Below are positions 34,912 to 44,915 of a stretch of DNA of 64,000 bases, piece by piece. The notes beneath the pieces are model-generated. The model worked only from the letters and a program-made list of their open reading frames with translations. It did no database searches and was not told where the DNA came from. This stretch comes from Caulobacter sp. CCUG 60055 (GTDB taxonomy: Bacteria; Pseudomonadota; Alphaproteobacteria; Caulobacterales; Caulobacteraceae), in assembly GCF_022750545.1 (NCBI RefSeq), contig NZ_PUIC01000005.1:440281-504280 (forward strand), given 5' to 3'. The translations under genes and the position numbers were made by a program. Positions within the stretch are counted from its first letter, which is position 1, and the number at the start of each line of letters is the position of its first letter.

Positions 34912-37434
34912 TCAGGCCTCCCGGTCCAGGGCTTCGGCGCACAGGGCGCGCACGGCCTCGGCGGAATCTAGGGCCAGCGCCTTTTCGGCGAGGGCCCGGC
35001 ATTGCGGCAGGGTCAGGCCGCGCACGCGCGCCTTGACGTCGGGGGTCTGGGCCGGCGTCGCCGACAGTTCGGCGACGCCCAGCCCGATCAGCAGCGGAAC
35101 GGCGGCGAGGTCCGAGGCGAGGCCGCCGCAGACGCCCGTCCAGCGGCCGCTCCGGGCCGCGCCTTCGGCGGTGCGGGCGATCAGGCGCAGCACGGCCGGA
35201 TGCAGGGCGTCGATGCGGGCCGCGACCTCCGGATTGCCGCGGTCCATGGCCAGGGCGTACTGGGTCAGGTCGTTGGTGCCGATCGACAGGAAGTCGGCCT
35301 CGGCCGCCAGGATGTCGGCCGTCACCGCCGCCGCCGGGGTCTCGATCATCACGCCCAGTTCGATCGGCGCGTCGAGGCCGAGGTCGCGCTTGGCCTCGTC
35401 GAGCAACGCCCGCACGGCGCGCAGCTCGCCGAGGCTGGCGATCATCGGGACCATGATCTTGCACTGGCCGGCCGGCGCGGCGCGCAGGATGGCCCGCAGC
35501 TGGGTGCGCAGGATGTGCGGCCGCCAGAGGCCGACGCGCACGCCGCGCAGGCCCAGCGCCGGGTTGTCCTCGGCCGGGATCGGCAGATAGGCCACCGGCT
35601 TGTCGCCGCCGACGTCGAGGGTGCGGATGATCAGCGGCCGACCCTCCAGCGCCTCGGCGATGGCGGCGTACTGGGCGGCCTGCTCGTCCTCGTCCGGCGG
35701 GGCGGCGCGGTCGAGGAACAGGAACTCGGTGCGCAGCAGGCCGCAGCCCTCGGCCCCCGCCGCCACGGCCGCGCGGGCGTCGGCCAGCGAGCCGAGGTTG
35801 GCGAACACCTCGATGCGCGCGCCGTCGGCGGTGCGGGCCGGCTCGTGGGCGGCGGCCCGCGCCGAGGCCCGGCGCTGCTCGCGCTGGGCCAGGGCGGTCT
35901 GGGCGCGGGCCAGCGCCGCCGCGTCCGGGCTCACCCGCAGCACGCCCTCGTCGGCGTCGAGGATCAGGCCGGCGCCGTCGGCGATGGCCATCACGCCGGG
36001 ACCGGCGGCGACCAGGGCCGGGATGTTCATCGCCGCCGCCAGGATGGCGACGTGCGAGGTCGGCCCGCCCCGCGCCGTGCACAGCCCGGCCAGCCGCCCG
36101 GCGTCGAGGGCCATGAGCTGCGAGGGCAGCAGCTCCTCGGCCAGCAGGATGGCTCCCTGCGGCAGGGCCGGGCCCGCGCTCTCGTCCTCGCCGGTGATCG
36201 CCGCCAGCACCTGACGTTCGAGATCGACCAGATCGTCCACCCGCTCGGCCATCCGCGCGTCGCCCAGGGCGCGCAGGGCCTCGACATAGCCGCCGACCGC
36301 CTTGCGCCAGGCGAAGCCCGCGCTCTTGCCCTCGGCGACGAGGCTCTCGGCCGCCGCGCCCAGTTCGGGGTCGTCGAGGAAGGCCAGGTGCGCCCCCAGG
36401 ATCGCCCGGCGCTGCCGGTCGCCCGAGGAGGCCGCCTCGGTCAGGCGCGTGCGCACCGCGTCGAGCGCGACCAGCAGGGCGGCCCGCTCCCGGGCGACGC
36501 CGGCTCCGGCCTCCGGCACGGCGATGTCGCGGGCGACCAGCCGCACCGCCTGGCCGATGGCCAGGCCGGGCGCGGCCTTCACCCCGCGCAGCAGGGCGAG
36601 GTCAAGCGGAGCCGAAACCGGCTCGCGCTCCAGCTCCGGGGCGGCGACGGCCGTCTTGGCCGCCGTCGGCGCGGCCTCGCCCATGCCGCCGGCGATCAGA
36701 TCGGCGACGGCGGCGACGGCGGCCTCGGCGTCGGCCCCCACGGCCGAGACGGTGATCTCGTCGCCGTGGCGCACGGCCAGGGCCATCAGGCCGATCGGGC
36801 TCTTGCCGTTGGCCTTGCGGTTGAAGGCGGCGATCTCGACCTCGCTGTCGAAGCGCTTGGCCAGGTCGGCGACCCGGGCGGCCGGGCGGGCGTGCAGCCC
36901 GTGGGCCAGGGGCGTGACCAGCCGGCGCGAGGCGCGCGGCCCCGCCCCGGCCGTCGCGACCGCCCCGTCGCGGGCGAGCGGACGGACCTCCATCAGGAAG
37001 TCGCCGACCCGCGCCTCGCGGTCCTGCTGGCGGCGGACGATCTCGAAAGCCTCGCCGTTGGTGACGACGACGGGGGTCAGCAGGCTTTTGGCGCGGCCGG
37101 CCAGGAGGTCGATGTCGAAGCTGATCAGCGGGTCGCCGGCCTGGACGCTCTGGCCGTCGCGGACGTGGGTCTCGAAGCCCTCGCCGCCCAGCCCGACGGT
37201 GTCGAGGCCGACATGCATCAGGATCTCCGCGCCGTTGGCGCAGCGCAGCGTCACGGCGTGGCGGGTGCGGTGGACCGAAATCACCTCGCCCGCGCACGGG
37301 GCGCACAGCACCTGGCCGGTCGGGTCGATGGCCAGGCCGTCGCCCAGCATCCGCCCGGCGAACACCGCATCCGGCGCTTCGTCGAGCGGGGCCACCCACC
37401 CCTGCATCGGCGCGGCGATCACGAGACTCGACAC
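34912..37434 (-). CDS. PTS multiphosphoryl transfer protein EIIA(Glc)-HPr-EI (NagF-like)
   Basis: EIIA-Glc (GAEILMHVGLDTV), HPr His motif (GLHARPAA) and EI active site (GGPTSHVAILA). Start is GTG 37434 or ATG 37407. Confidence 0.85.
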   Translation of the reverse strand: MSSLVIAAPMQGWVAPLDEAPDAVFAGRMLGDGLAIDPTGQVLCAPCAGEVISVHRTRHAVTLRCANGAEILMHVGLDTVGLGGEGFETHVRDGQSVQAGDPLISFDIDLLAGRAKSLLTPVVVTNGEAFEIVRRQQDREARVGDFLMEVRPLARDGAVATAGAGPRASRRLVTPLAHGLHARPAARVADLAKRFDSEVEIAAFNRKANGKSPIGLMALAVRHGDEITVSAVGADAEAAVAAVADLIAGGMGEAAPTAAKTAVAAPELEREPVSAPLDLALLRGVKAAPGLAIGQAVRLVARDIAVPEAGAGVARERAALLVALDAVRTRLTEAASSGDRQRRAILGAHLAFLDDPELGAAAESLVAEGKSAGFAWRKAVGGYVEALRALGDARMAERVDDLVDLERQVLAAITGEDESAGPALPQGAILLAEELLPSQLMALDAGRLAGLCTARGGPTSHVAILAAAMNIPALVAAGPGVMAIADGAGLILDADEGVLRVSPDAAALARAQTALAQREQRRASARAAAHEPARTADGARIEVFANLGSLADARAAVAAGAEGCGLLRTEFLFLDRAAPPDEDEQAAQYAAIAEALEGRPLIIRTLDVGGDKPVAYLPIPAEDNPALGLRGVRVGLWRPHILRTQLRAILRAAPAGQCKIMVPMIASLGELRAVRALLDEAKRDLGLDAPIELGVMIETPAAAVTADILAAEADFLSIGTNDLTQYALAMDRGNPEVAARIDALHPAVLRLIARTAEGAARSGRWTGVCGGLASDLAAVPLLIGLGVAELSATPAQTPDVKARVRGLTLPQCRALAEKALALDSAEAVRALCAEALDREA

Positions 37435-37457
37435 GGGTATGCTCCCACTCTTCCTTG

Positions 37458-39860
37458 CTATGCGGCCGGCTTGCGGCCGGCGTCGACCGCCAGGGCCGGC
37501 GGCTTCAGGCCGACCCAGTCCAACAGCCACAGCGGCTGGTCGCCTTCCGGCGAGACCGGACGCTGGGCGAAGGTGAAGCACAGGCTATGCGCGCCGTCGC
37601 CGCGCGGCGATATCCTGGCCGACAGCCGCGTGACCCCCGCGCTGGCCGCCGCCGGCTTCAGCGGCAGCACCGCGATCGGCTCGCCGTCGCAGCCGTCCTG
37701 GCGCACCTCCAGCTCGCCCTCGGGCGTGCGGGGCCGGCGGAGGCGGTCGTTGAGCGACTTCAGGTCGTCGCCGACCTGGAAATTGTAGGGGATCTGGCCG
37801 ACGCCGACCTCGATCTCGCGCACGCCGGAGAGGTCGGCCCCCTCGTAGATCCAGCAGGGATTGAGGATGTCGGCCTGGAACGAGGCCCGGTCGGCGCGGC
37901 CGTGGCCGCCGTCGCGCGCGGCGTCGTCCGGCAGGCTGATGGCCACCTTGTCCGAGCAGAGCTTCAGCTCGTGGCTGGAGCGGCGGCGCAGGCTGACGCG
38001 GTCGAAACGCCGCTCGCGGTCGGGGGCCAGGGCGCGGCCGTCGACGAAGGCGGCCGCCCGCACCGTGGCCGGCAGGGCGGTCTCGACCGGCCCGGCGTAG
38101 AGCGGCGACGTGGCGGTCGGCGCGCGCCCGTCCAGGGTGTAGCGGATCTCGCCCAGGCCGACCGGCGTGGTCAGGGTGACGCGGACGCGGTCCGGAGCGA
38201 CCTCCCGCCCCTCGGCGTAGGGCTGCAACGCGGCCTGGTCGTAGGACAGGCCGAGGGTGCGGTAGCGCCCGAGCTCGACCGGCAGGCGCCGGCCGAAATC
38301 GCTCCAGTCCATGCGTTCCGCCGGGGTCCAGGCCACCTCGGCGACGGCCGCCAGCCGGGGAAACAACATGCGCTGAGCGACGGCGGCGTCGGGCACATAC
38401 TCCGTCCACAGATTGGTCTGCACGCCGATGACGTGCTTGCGCTCCTCCGGACCGAGCGCGGCGGGGGCCGGGTTGAAGCGATAGAGGCTTTGCAGGCTGA
38501 CCACGTCGCCGCGGCCCAGCGCCTCGACCTCCGGCGGGACCTGGCGATAGTTGAGATAGAGCGTCGGCGACGGCGACAGGATGGCGTCATGGCCGGCCTT
38601 GGCCGCCGCCACCGCCCCGTCGATCCCGCGCCAGGACATCACCGTGGCGTTCGCGGCGACGCCGCCGTCGAGAATCTCGTCCCAGCCGATCAGGCGGCGG
38701 CCGTGCGCCTCGAGGAAGTGCTCCATGCGCTGGATGAACCAGCTCTGCATGGCGTTCTCGTCCTTGATCCCCAGGGCCCGCATGCGCGCCTGGACGGCCG
38801 GGTCGGTCTTCCAGCGGGTCTTCAGGGCCTCGTCGCCGCCGACATGGACATAGCGGCTGGGGAACAGGGCCATGACCTCGGTCAGCACGTCCTCCAGGAA
38901 GCCGAACGTGCCGTCGTCGACATTGTAGAGATAGGGCATGACCCCCCAGTCGGCGCCCGGCCCGGCCGGCGCGGGGCCGGCGCTGAGCCTGGGATAGGCG
39001 GCCAGGGCGGCCTGGGCGTGGCCCGGCATGCCGATCTCGGGCACGACGGTGATGTTGCGGGCGGCGGCGTAGGCCACGACCTCGCGCACCTCGTCCTGGG
39101 TGTAGAAGCCGCCGACCATGCGCGGCTTGCCGGTCTTGGGGTCGATGTCCCCGTGCGCCGCCCCGGCGGGGACACGCCAGGCGCCGACCTCGGTCAGGCG
39201 TGGATACTTCTTGATCTCGATGCGCCAGCCCTGGTCGTCGGTCAGGTGCCATTGCAGGACGTTGAACTTCTCGGCGGCCATGGCGTCGATCAGGCTGCGG
39301 ATGAGCGCGGGCGACTGGTAGTGGCGGGCCGAATCCAGCATCACCCCGCGCCAGGAGAAACGCGGCGCGTCCTCGACGCGCAGGCCGGGAACGACGGCCG
39401 GGCCCTGGTCGCCGTCCTGGGTCAGCAACTGCCAGACGGTGACGGCGCCGTAGAACAGCCCCGCCCCCTTGGCTGCCGAGATCGTCGCCCCGCCGGGGCC
39501 GGTCTCCAGGCGGTAGGCCTCGTCGCCGGCCGGGCCGTCGCGGCGCAGCACGATCGCCTTGCGGCCGGGCTCGGGCGCGCCCTCGTGCACGGCCAGGCGC
39601 AGGCCGCGCGCCCGCGCCAGGGCGTCGGTCAGGAAGACGGCGGCGCGGCGCGCCTCGGCGTCGCCCGCCGGAACATAGACGGCGACCTCGCCATCGACCG
39701 TGAAGCCGGCGCCGGTCTCGACCATCGAGGCGGGGGCGGGCGTGACCGCCGGCGCGGCCGAGGCGGCCGGGGCGGTCAGCGCCGCAGCCAGGGCGGCGGT
39801 CAGGGACAGGCCGATCGCCGCGGCGCGGACCGGCGATGCCTCGGGGACTTTGAAGGTCAT
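37458..39860 (-). CDS. Beta-N-acetylhexosaminidase (GH20), secreted
   Basis: GH20 catalytic HVGGDE motif; N-terminal signal peptide from ATG 39860 (MTFKVPEASPVRAAAIGLSLTAALAAA). Confidence 0.85.
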   Translation of the reverse strand: MTFKVPEASPVRAAAIGLSLTAALAAALTAPAASAAPAVTPAPASMVETGAGFTVDGEVAVYVPAGDAEARRAAVFLTDALARARGLRLAVHEGAPEPGRKAIVLRRDGPAGDEAYRLETGPGGATISAAKGAGLFYGAVTVWQLLTQDGDQGPAVVPGLRVEDAPRFSWRGVMLDSARHYQSPALIRSLIDAMAAEKFNVLQWHLTDDQGWRIEIKKYPRLTEVGAWRVPAGAAHGDIDPKTGKPRMVGGFYTQDEVREVVAYAAARNITVVPEIGMPGHAQAALAAYPRLSAGPAPAGPGADWGVMPYLYNVDDGTFGFLEDVLTEVMALFPSRYVHVGGDEALKTRWKTDPAVQARMRALGIKDENAMQSWFIQRMEHFLEAHGRRLIGWDEILDGGVAANATVMSWRGIDGAVAAAKAGHDAILSPSPTLYLNYRQVPPEVEALGRGDVVSLQSLYRFNPAPAALGPEERKHVIGVQTNLWTEYVPDAAVAQRMLFPRLAAVAEVAWTPAERMDWSDFGRRLPVELGRYRTLGLSYDQAALQPYAEGREVAPDRVRVTLTTPVGLGEIRYTLDGRAPTATSPLYAGPVETALPATVRAAAFVDGRALAPDRERRFDRVSLRRRSSHELKLCSDKVAISLPDDAARDGGHGRADRASFQADILNPCWIYEGADLSGVREIEVGVGQIPYNFQVGDDLKSLNDRLRRPRTPEGELEVRQDGCDGEPIAVLPLKPAAASAGVTRLSARISPRGDGAHSLCFTFAQRPVSPEGDQPLWLLDWVGLKPPALAVDAGRKPAA

Positions 39861-40064
39861 GAAAAGCACTCCGCGCGCGCCTGAGGCCACCTTGCCCCGA
39901 TCAGCGCGGTTAAGCGAAGAAAAGGCGGACGAGACAAGCCTCCGCGAGCGGGGCCGTCTCGTCCAGTCGCGCGATCCGCTCCGAGGGGTGGTTCGGTTCG
40001 CAAGGGGAAATCGGGAAGAGGCCCCCGTCGACGGCGCGCGTCCACGGGGGCGTTTGATGCGGGA

Positions 40065-42803
40065 CTAGAACTTGAAGTGGATGGCGGCGACCAGCTGGCG
40101 GCCGGTCCGGTAGTTCGACCGGATCTGCTGCTTGACGTTGGCGTAGCTGTAATAGTCCTCGTCGAGCAGGTTCTGAGCGTAGACCGTCAGCTGCAGCTGC
40201 TTGGTGAACTGCCAGCTCGCCGAGGCGTCCAGCTGGGTGTACTCGTCGACGAACATGTTGTCGCCGCGGTCGATGCCGGTGAAGTACTTCGAGCGCCAGG
40301 AATAGCTCACCCGGGCGCTGAACGGCCCCTGCTCCCAGAACGGCGTCAGGTTGATCTGGTTCTTGGAGTTGTAGGGCAGCGGCGTGCCGATGTCGGTGCT
40401 GGCGTCCGAATAGGTGTAGTTGGCGACCAGGCCGAAGCCGTAGGCGTAGTTCTGCTGATACGAGACGGCGAAGCCCTTGACCTCGGCCGCGCCGGCGTTC
40501 GACGGCCGCGAGATGGTGTAGGGGTCGACGGTGCCGGTGGTGATGTTGAAGTGCTGCTCGCTCACCGTGCCGGCGACCACGTAGTTCGAGATGTCCTTGT
40601 AGAACACCTGGCCGGCCAGGTAGGCGCCCGGCTGGAAATACCACTCGACGGTCGCGTCGACGTTGCTGGCCTTGTAGGGCTTCAGGTTCGGATTGCCGCC
40701 GCTGCCGGTGTGCACCGTGTCCTGCAGCGACAGGAACGGCGTCAGGTCGGCGTAGTTGGCCCGCGCCATCACCTGGGCCGCCGAGAAGCGCAGGATCAGG
40801 TCGTCACGCAGGTTGTAGGCGACGTTCAGGCTGGGCAGCACGTTGTCGTAGCTGTTGGTGACCGAGACCGCCGTGGCCTTGTTGTTGGTGTCGACGTTGA
40901 AGCCCTGCGAGACCTGCTCGGTGTGGACGATGCGCACGCCGACGTTGCCGCGCAGGCCTTCCAGGTTGAAGTTGGCCTGGGCGTAGCCGGCGGTGACCTT
41001 CTCCTCGACGTTGAAGGTCGAGTTGTACTGCGGCGAATAGCCGTTGAAGCCGCCCGAGCCGGTGTTGAGCGGGATCTTCGAGACGAACTGCTCCCAGGCG
41101 CCCTTGTTCAGGGTGACGCGGTTCTTCATGTCCTGCGAGACGCCGCTGAAGCCGTCGAGATAGTCGCCGGGCGTCATGCCGGGCCCGATCTGGGCCAGGG
41201 TCGTGAACAGGTTGCTGATCGAGCCCTGCTCGGAGCGCTGCGAGGTCTCGTGGTCGCGGTACTTCAGGCCGACCTGGAACGAGGTGATCGGGCCCGACAG
41301 GCTCTTGGTGACGTCGGCCTGGGCGTAGCTTTCCTTGTCCGAGGTCGGCTGCCGCAGGAAGTTGCCGTCCCAGCCGGCGCCCAGCTTCCACTGGGTCGGG
41401 TCCTGCTGGACGTTGGTGGCGTAGTTCAGCGTCGGGGCGCCGCCCGGGGTCCCGGCGATCGAGTAGCTGTAGCCGCCCTGGGCCGCGAACTCGGCGAAGT
41501 ACTGCTGCTTGGTGCCGCCGGTGGCCTTGGTGGTGCCCAGCTGGGCCGAGCCCAGCCAGCCGTCGCCGAAGTCGTAGCTGCCCTTCAGGTTGACGGCGTA
41601 GGTCTTGACGTCGGACTTGCGGTCCTGGACGTCCAGGTAGGACTGGCCGACGCAGTTGCCGGGCGCGCTGCCGGTGACCGCCCCCGCCGAGTTCTTGACC
41701 GGCACGATGCAGTCGGCCGGCGAGGTGTTGGCGAAGGTGGCCCCGGTGATGACGCCGTTCGAGACGGTCATGCCGGTCAGGGCGTTGGCCGACGGGCTCA
41801 TGAAGGCGTAGTCGGACTGGTTGTAGTTGTCGTAGGACGCCTTGACGTAGAGGCCGTCCAGGTCGATCGCCAGCTTGTCGTTCGGGTGGTACTGGACGCC
41901 CAGCGTGAAGCCGTCGCGCTTGCGGTCCTGCTGGAAGAACGACGAGGCCAGCGAATTGGGGCCGCGGGCGGTGAGGTTGTTGCCGACGATGGCGGCGACG
42001 CGGGCCAGGGTCCCCGGCGTGCAGGCGGCGCCGGGCGTGGCGGGCGCCGGGTTGCAGCCCTGGGCGTTGGCCAGGTAGTCGGCGCCCGACATGGTGCCGT
42101 AGGTCTCGAAGCCGTCGCGGCGCAGCTTGTCCTCGGCGTGCTGGTACGAGGCGACGACCCCGAAGGTCTGGTCCGGGTTCTTCCAGCTGTAGAGCAGCGA
42201 CAGGGCCGGATTACCGTCGCCCGAGCGGTCGTTGTACACATAGCCGACCTGGCCCGAGATGGTGTTGGCCGGCAGGTCGAGCGCCTTGCGGGTGTTGATC
42301 ACCACCGTGCCGCCGATGCTGCCTTCGTCGACGCGCGCCTCGGGCGACTTGTAGACGTCGGCGCGGCCGACGACTTCCGGCGCCAGCAGCGTGTAGTTGA
42401 AGGTGCGGCCCGGAGTGTCGAGGATGAACCAGTCGGCGGAGGCCACCGTCTGCCCGTTGAGCAGGGTGCGGTTCAGGGCCGGGTCGGTGCCCAGGATCGA
42501 GACCTTCTCGCCCTGGCCGAAGGCGTGGTCGACGGTGACGCCGGGAATGCGCGACAGCGATTCGGCGACGTTCGAGTCCGGGAACTTGCCGATGTCCTCG
42601 GCGGTGATGGCGTCGACGATGGCGTCGGCGTTACGCTTGGTCTCCAGAGACTTCTGCAACGATTGGCGAATGCCGGTGACGACCAGCTCCTCGACCGTGC
42701 CGCCGTTGGCGGCGGGCGCGTCGGCGGCCAGGGCGGCCTGCGCGGCTCCGAGCATGGCCGCCAGACTGGCCGTGCCGATCAGCATGGTTCTGCTAAAACG
42801 CAT
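40065..42803 (-). CDS. TonB-dependent outer-membrane receptor (chitooligosaccharide/NAG-type)
   Basis: Signal peptide from ATG 42803 with a GGAGAGG SD; plug plus 22-strand barrel; C-terminal Phe (IHFKF). Position in the NAG locus follows the Caulobacter NAG receptor arrangement. Confidence 0.85.
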   Translation of the reverse strand: MRFSRTMLIGTASLAAMLGAAQAALAADAPAANGGTVEELVVTGIRQSLQKSLETKRNADAIVDAITAEDIGKFPDSNVAESLSRIPGVTVDHAFGQGEKVSILGTDPALNRTLLNGQTVASADWFILDTPGRTFNYTLLAPEVVGRADVYKSPEARVDEGSIGGTVVINTRKALDLPANTISGQVGYVYNDRSGDGNPALSLLYSWKNPDQTFGVVASYQHAEDKLRRDGFETYGTMSGADYLANAQGCNPAPATPGAACTPGTLARVAAIVGNNLTARGPNSLASSFFQQDRKRDGFTLGVQYHPNDKLAIDLDGLYVKASYDNYNQSDYAFMSPSANALTGMTVSNGVITGATFANTSPADCIVPVKNSAGAVTGSAPGNCVGQSYLDVQDRKSDVKTYAVNLKGSYDFGDGWLGSAQLGTTKATGGTKQQYFAEFAAQGGYSYSIAGTPGGAPTLNYATNVQQDPTQWKLGAGWDGNFLRQPTSDKESYAQADVTKSLSGPITSFQVGLKYRDHETSQRSEQGSISNLFTTLAQIGPGMTPGDYLDGFSGVSQDMKNRVTLNKGAWEQFVSKIPLNTGSGGFNGYSPQYNSTFNVEEKVTAGYAQANFNLEGLRGNVGVRIVHTEQVSQGFNVDTNNKATAVSVTNSYDNVLPSLNVAYNLRDDLILRFSAAQVMARANYADLTPFLSLQDTVHTGSGGNPNLKPYKASNVDATVEWYFQPGAYLAGQVFYKDISNYVVAGTVSEQHFNITTGTVDPYTISRPSNAGAAEVKGFAVSYQQNYAYGFGLVANYTYSDASTDIGTPLPYNSKNQINLTPFWEQGPFSARVSYSWRSKYFTGIDRGDNMFVDEYTQLDASASWQFTKQLQLTVYAQNLLDEDYYSYANVKQQIRSNYRTGRQLVAAIHFKF

Positions 42804-42984
42804 GAGTTCCTCTCCCCTTGAAGCGCGCCGGCATCCCTCGCCGGGCTCTTCCATAAAGCCCAATACAAGACCGCTTACGCTCCCGACTTCGCGCTTAGGT
42901 GCAGCATTGAGCCGGGCTTGCCGTAACGCTGTCATCAAACCTGGATAAATTGCAAGCCCAAAACATCACCAATTGAAAACCACG

Positions 42985-43030
42985 CAATTATTGGTATGCA
43001 AATGGTAATAGACTATGGCATAGACCCCTC
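42985..43030. promoter_or_regulatory. Candidate NagR (GntR/HutC) operator cluster in the TonB-dependent receptor/nagR divergent region
   Basis: TGGTATGCAAA, TGGTAATAGAC and TGGCATAGACC repeats, resembling the DasR/HutC-type TGGTCTAGACCA half-sites. Confidence 0.4.
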
Positions 43031-43070
43031 AACCGGCGCCGCAGAGCGCCAGATTCGCGGGAGTTGAGAC

Positions 43071-43814
43071 GTGGCGTCATTCATCGAGCTGATCGGTCCG
43101 CTGGACGGGGCCAGCCACGCGCCGCTGTACCAGCAGCTCCAGCGCGTGCTGCGCGACGCCATCCAGAAGAAGAAGCTCGGCCCCGACGACGCCCTGCCGG
43201 CCGAACGCGACCTGGCCGAGGAATACGCGGTATCGCGGATCACCGTCCGCAAGGCGCTGGACGGCCTGGTCAGCGAGGGGCTGCTCACCCGCCGCCAGGG
43301 GGCCGGCACCTTCGTCGCCGCCCGTGTGGAGAAAAGCTTCTCCAAGCTGTCCTCGTTCTCCGAGGACATGATCTCGCGCGGACGCACCCCGCACAGCGTC
43401 TGGCTCAGCAAGGCCGAGGGCGAGGTCACCCCCGAGGAATCCCTGACCCTGGGCCTGTCGCCCGGCACGCGGGTCTACCGGTTCCACCGCATCCGTTTCG
43501 CCGACGGCGCGCCGATGGCGCTGGAATATTCGACCATCGCCGCCTTCTGTCTGCCTTCGGTCGACGCCGTGCAGTCCTCGCTCTACGAGGCCCTGGAGAA
43601 GACCGGCCACCGCCCCGCCCGCGCCCTGCAGCGGCTGCGCGCGGTGCTGTTCACCGCCGAGCAGGCCGAGCTCATGCGGGTCTCGGAGAAGGACGCCGGC
43701 CTGCTGATCGAGCGACGGAGCTTCCTCAAGGACGGCCGCGCGGTCGAGGTCACCCAGTCCTACTATCGCGGCGACGCCTACGACTTCGTCGCCGAGCTGA
43801 ACGCCCTGTCCTAG
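43071..43814 (+). CDS. nagR: GntR/HutC-family transcriptional regulator of the NAG locus
   Basis: N-terminal GntR HTH (EEYAVSRITVRKALDGL) and a C-terminal UTRA domain; divergent from the TonB-dependent receptor. Confidence 0.8.
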   Translation: MASFIELIGPLDGASHAPLYQQLQRVLRDAIQKKKLGPDDALPAERDLAEEYAVSRITVRKALDGLVSEGLLTRRQGAGTFVAARVEKSFSKLSSFSEDMISRGRTPHSVWLSKAEGEVTPEESLTLGLSPGTRVYRFHRIRFADGAPMALEYSTIAAFCLPSVDAVQSSLYEALEKTGHRPARALQRLRAVLFTAEQAELMRVSEKDAGLLIERRSFLKDGRAVEVTQSYYRGDAYDFVAELNALS

Positions 43815-43898
43815 AGTCCATCAGTGTCCGGAGCGCGCGCGTTGACCGCTGAAACACCAAGCCCGACGCCGTCGGGCCGCCCCCCCGAGGCCACGCGC

Positions 43899-44915
43899 AT
43901 GTTCCTGGAGGCGTCCCAGGCGCCCGGCGCGGTCGCCGCCCAGCTGCAGGCCAACCGCGAGCGCGCCGTCCGGCTGGGCGCGACGCTGCGCGCCATGAAG
44001 CCCCGGGCCGTGGTCACCTGCGGCCGCGGCAGCTCGGACCACGCCGCCACCTTCGCCAAATACCTCATCGAGACCCGCACCGGCGTGCTGACCTCGTCGG
44101 CCGCCCTGTCGGTCAGCTCGGTCTACGCCGCCCCGACCCAGCTGGCCGGGACCCTGTGCCTGGCCATCTCGCAGTCGGGCAAGAGCCCCGACCTGGTGGC
44201 CGCCGCCCAGGCGGCCAAGGACGCCGGCGCCTATGTCGTCGCCCTGGTCAACGTCGCCGATTCGCCCCTGGCCGCCCTGGCCGACGAAACCCTGCCGCTG
44301 TGGGCCGGACCCGAACTGAGCGTCGCGGCGACCAAATCCTACATCGCCGCCCTGGCCGGCATCGTCCAGCTGGTCGCCGAATGGACCGGCGACGAGGACC
44401 TGCGCGCCGCCCTGGCCGACCTGCCGGGCCAGCTGGCCCAGGCCTGGACGCTGGACTGGACGCCGGCCGCCGAGCGCCTGCGGCTGGCCCGCAACCTCTA
44501 TGTGCTGGGTCGCGGCGTCGGTTTCGGCGTCGCCCAGGAGGCGGCCCTCAAGTTCAAGGAGACCTGCGGCCTGCACGCCGAGGCCTTCAGCTCGGCCGAG
44601 GTCAAGCACGGCCCCATGGCCCTGGTGAAGGCCGACTTCCCGGCCCTGGTGTTCCGCCAGGACGACGAGACGGCCGAGGGCGTCGACGCCCTGGTGGCCG
44701 AGTTCGCCGCCCGCCGCGCCGACGTCATGCTGGCCGCCGCCGGCGGAAACGGCGAGGCCGGCGTGCTGCGCCTGCCCGCCCTGGCCGCCCATCCGGCCGT
44801 CGAGCCGATCCTGCAGATCCAGAGCTTCTACCGCATGGCCAACGCGCTCTCGCTCGCGCGGGGCTATGATCCCGACTCGCCGCCCAACCTCAACAAGGTC
44901 ACCGAAACCGTCTGA
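43899..44915 (+). CDS. nagB: SIS-domain glucosamine-6-phosphate deaminase/isomerase (NagB-II type)
   Basis: Two SIS domains (CGRGSSDHAATFAKY..., VLGRGVGFGVAQEAALKFKE). I prefer ATG 43899; the ORF track starts at GTG 43824. Confidence 0.8.
   Translation: MFLEASQAPGAVAAQLQANRERAVRLGATLRAMKPRAVVTCGRGSSDHAATFAKYLIETRTGVLTSSAALSVSSVYAAPTQLAGTLCLAISQSGKSPDLVAAAQAAKDAGAYVVALVNVADSPLAALADETLPLWAGPELSVAATKSYIAALAGIVQLVAEWTGDEDLRAALADLPGQLAQAWTLDWTPAAERLRLARNLYVLGRGVGFGVAQEAALKFKETCGLHAEAFSSAEVKHGPMALVKADFPALVFRQDDETAEGVDALVAEFAARRADVMLAAAGGNGEAGVLRLPALAAHPAVEPILQIQSFYRMANALSLARGYDPDSPPNLNKVTETV

Noticed and set aside
33143-36082. 979-aa ORF presented as one protein
   Set aside because: Only the 34909..33143 portion is the PTS EIICBB. 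The upstream 390 codons are an off-frame read through the EI gene (Arg/Gly/Pro-rich), and a GGGAGG SD plus ATG at 34909 marks the real start.
39910-40644. 244-aa minus ORF overlapping the TonB-dependent receptor 3' end
   Set aside because: Out of frame with the TonB-dependent receptor (clear barrel with C-terminal Phe); Arg/Gly-rich artefact.
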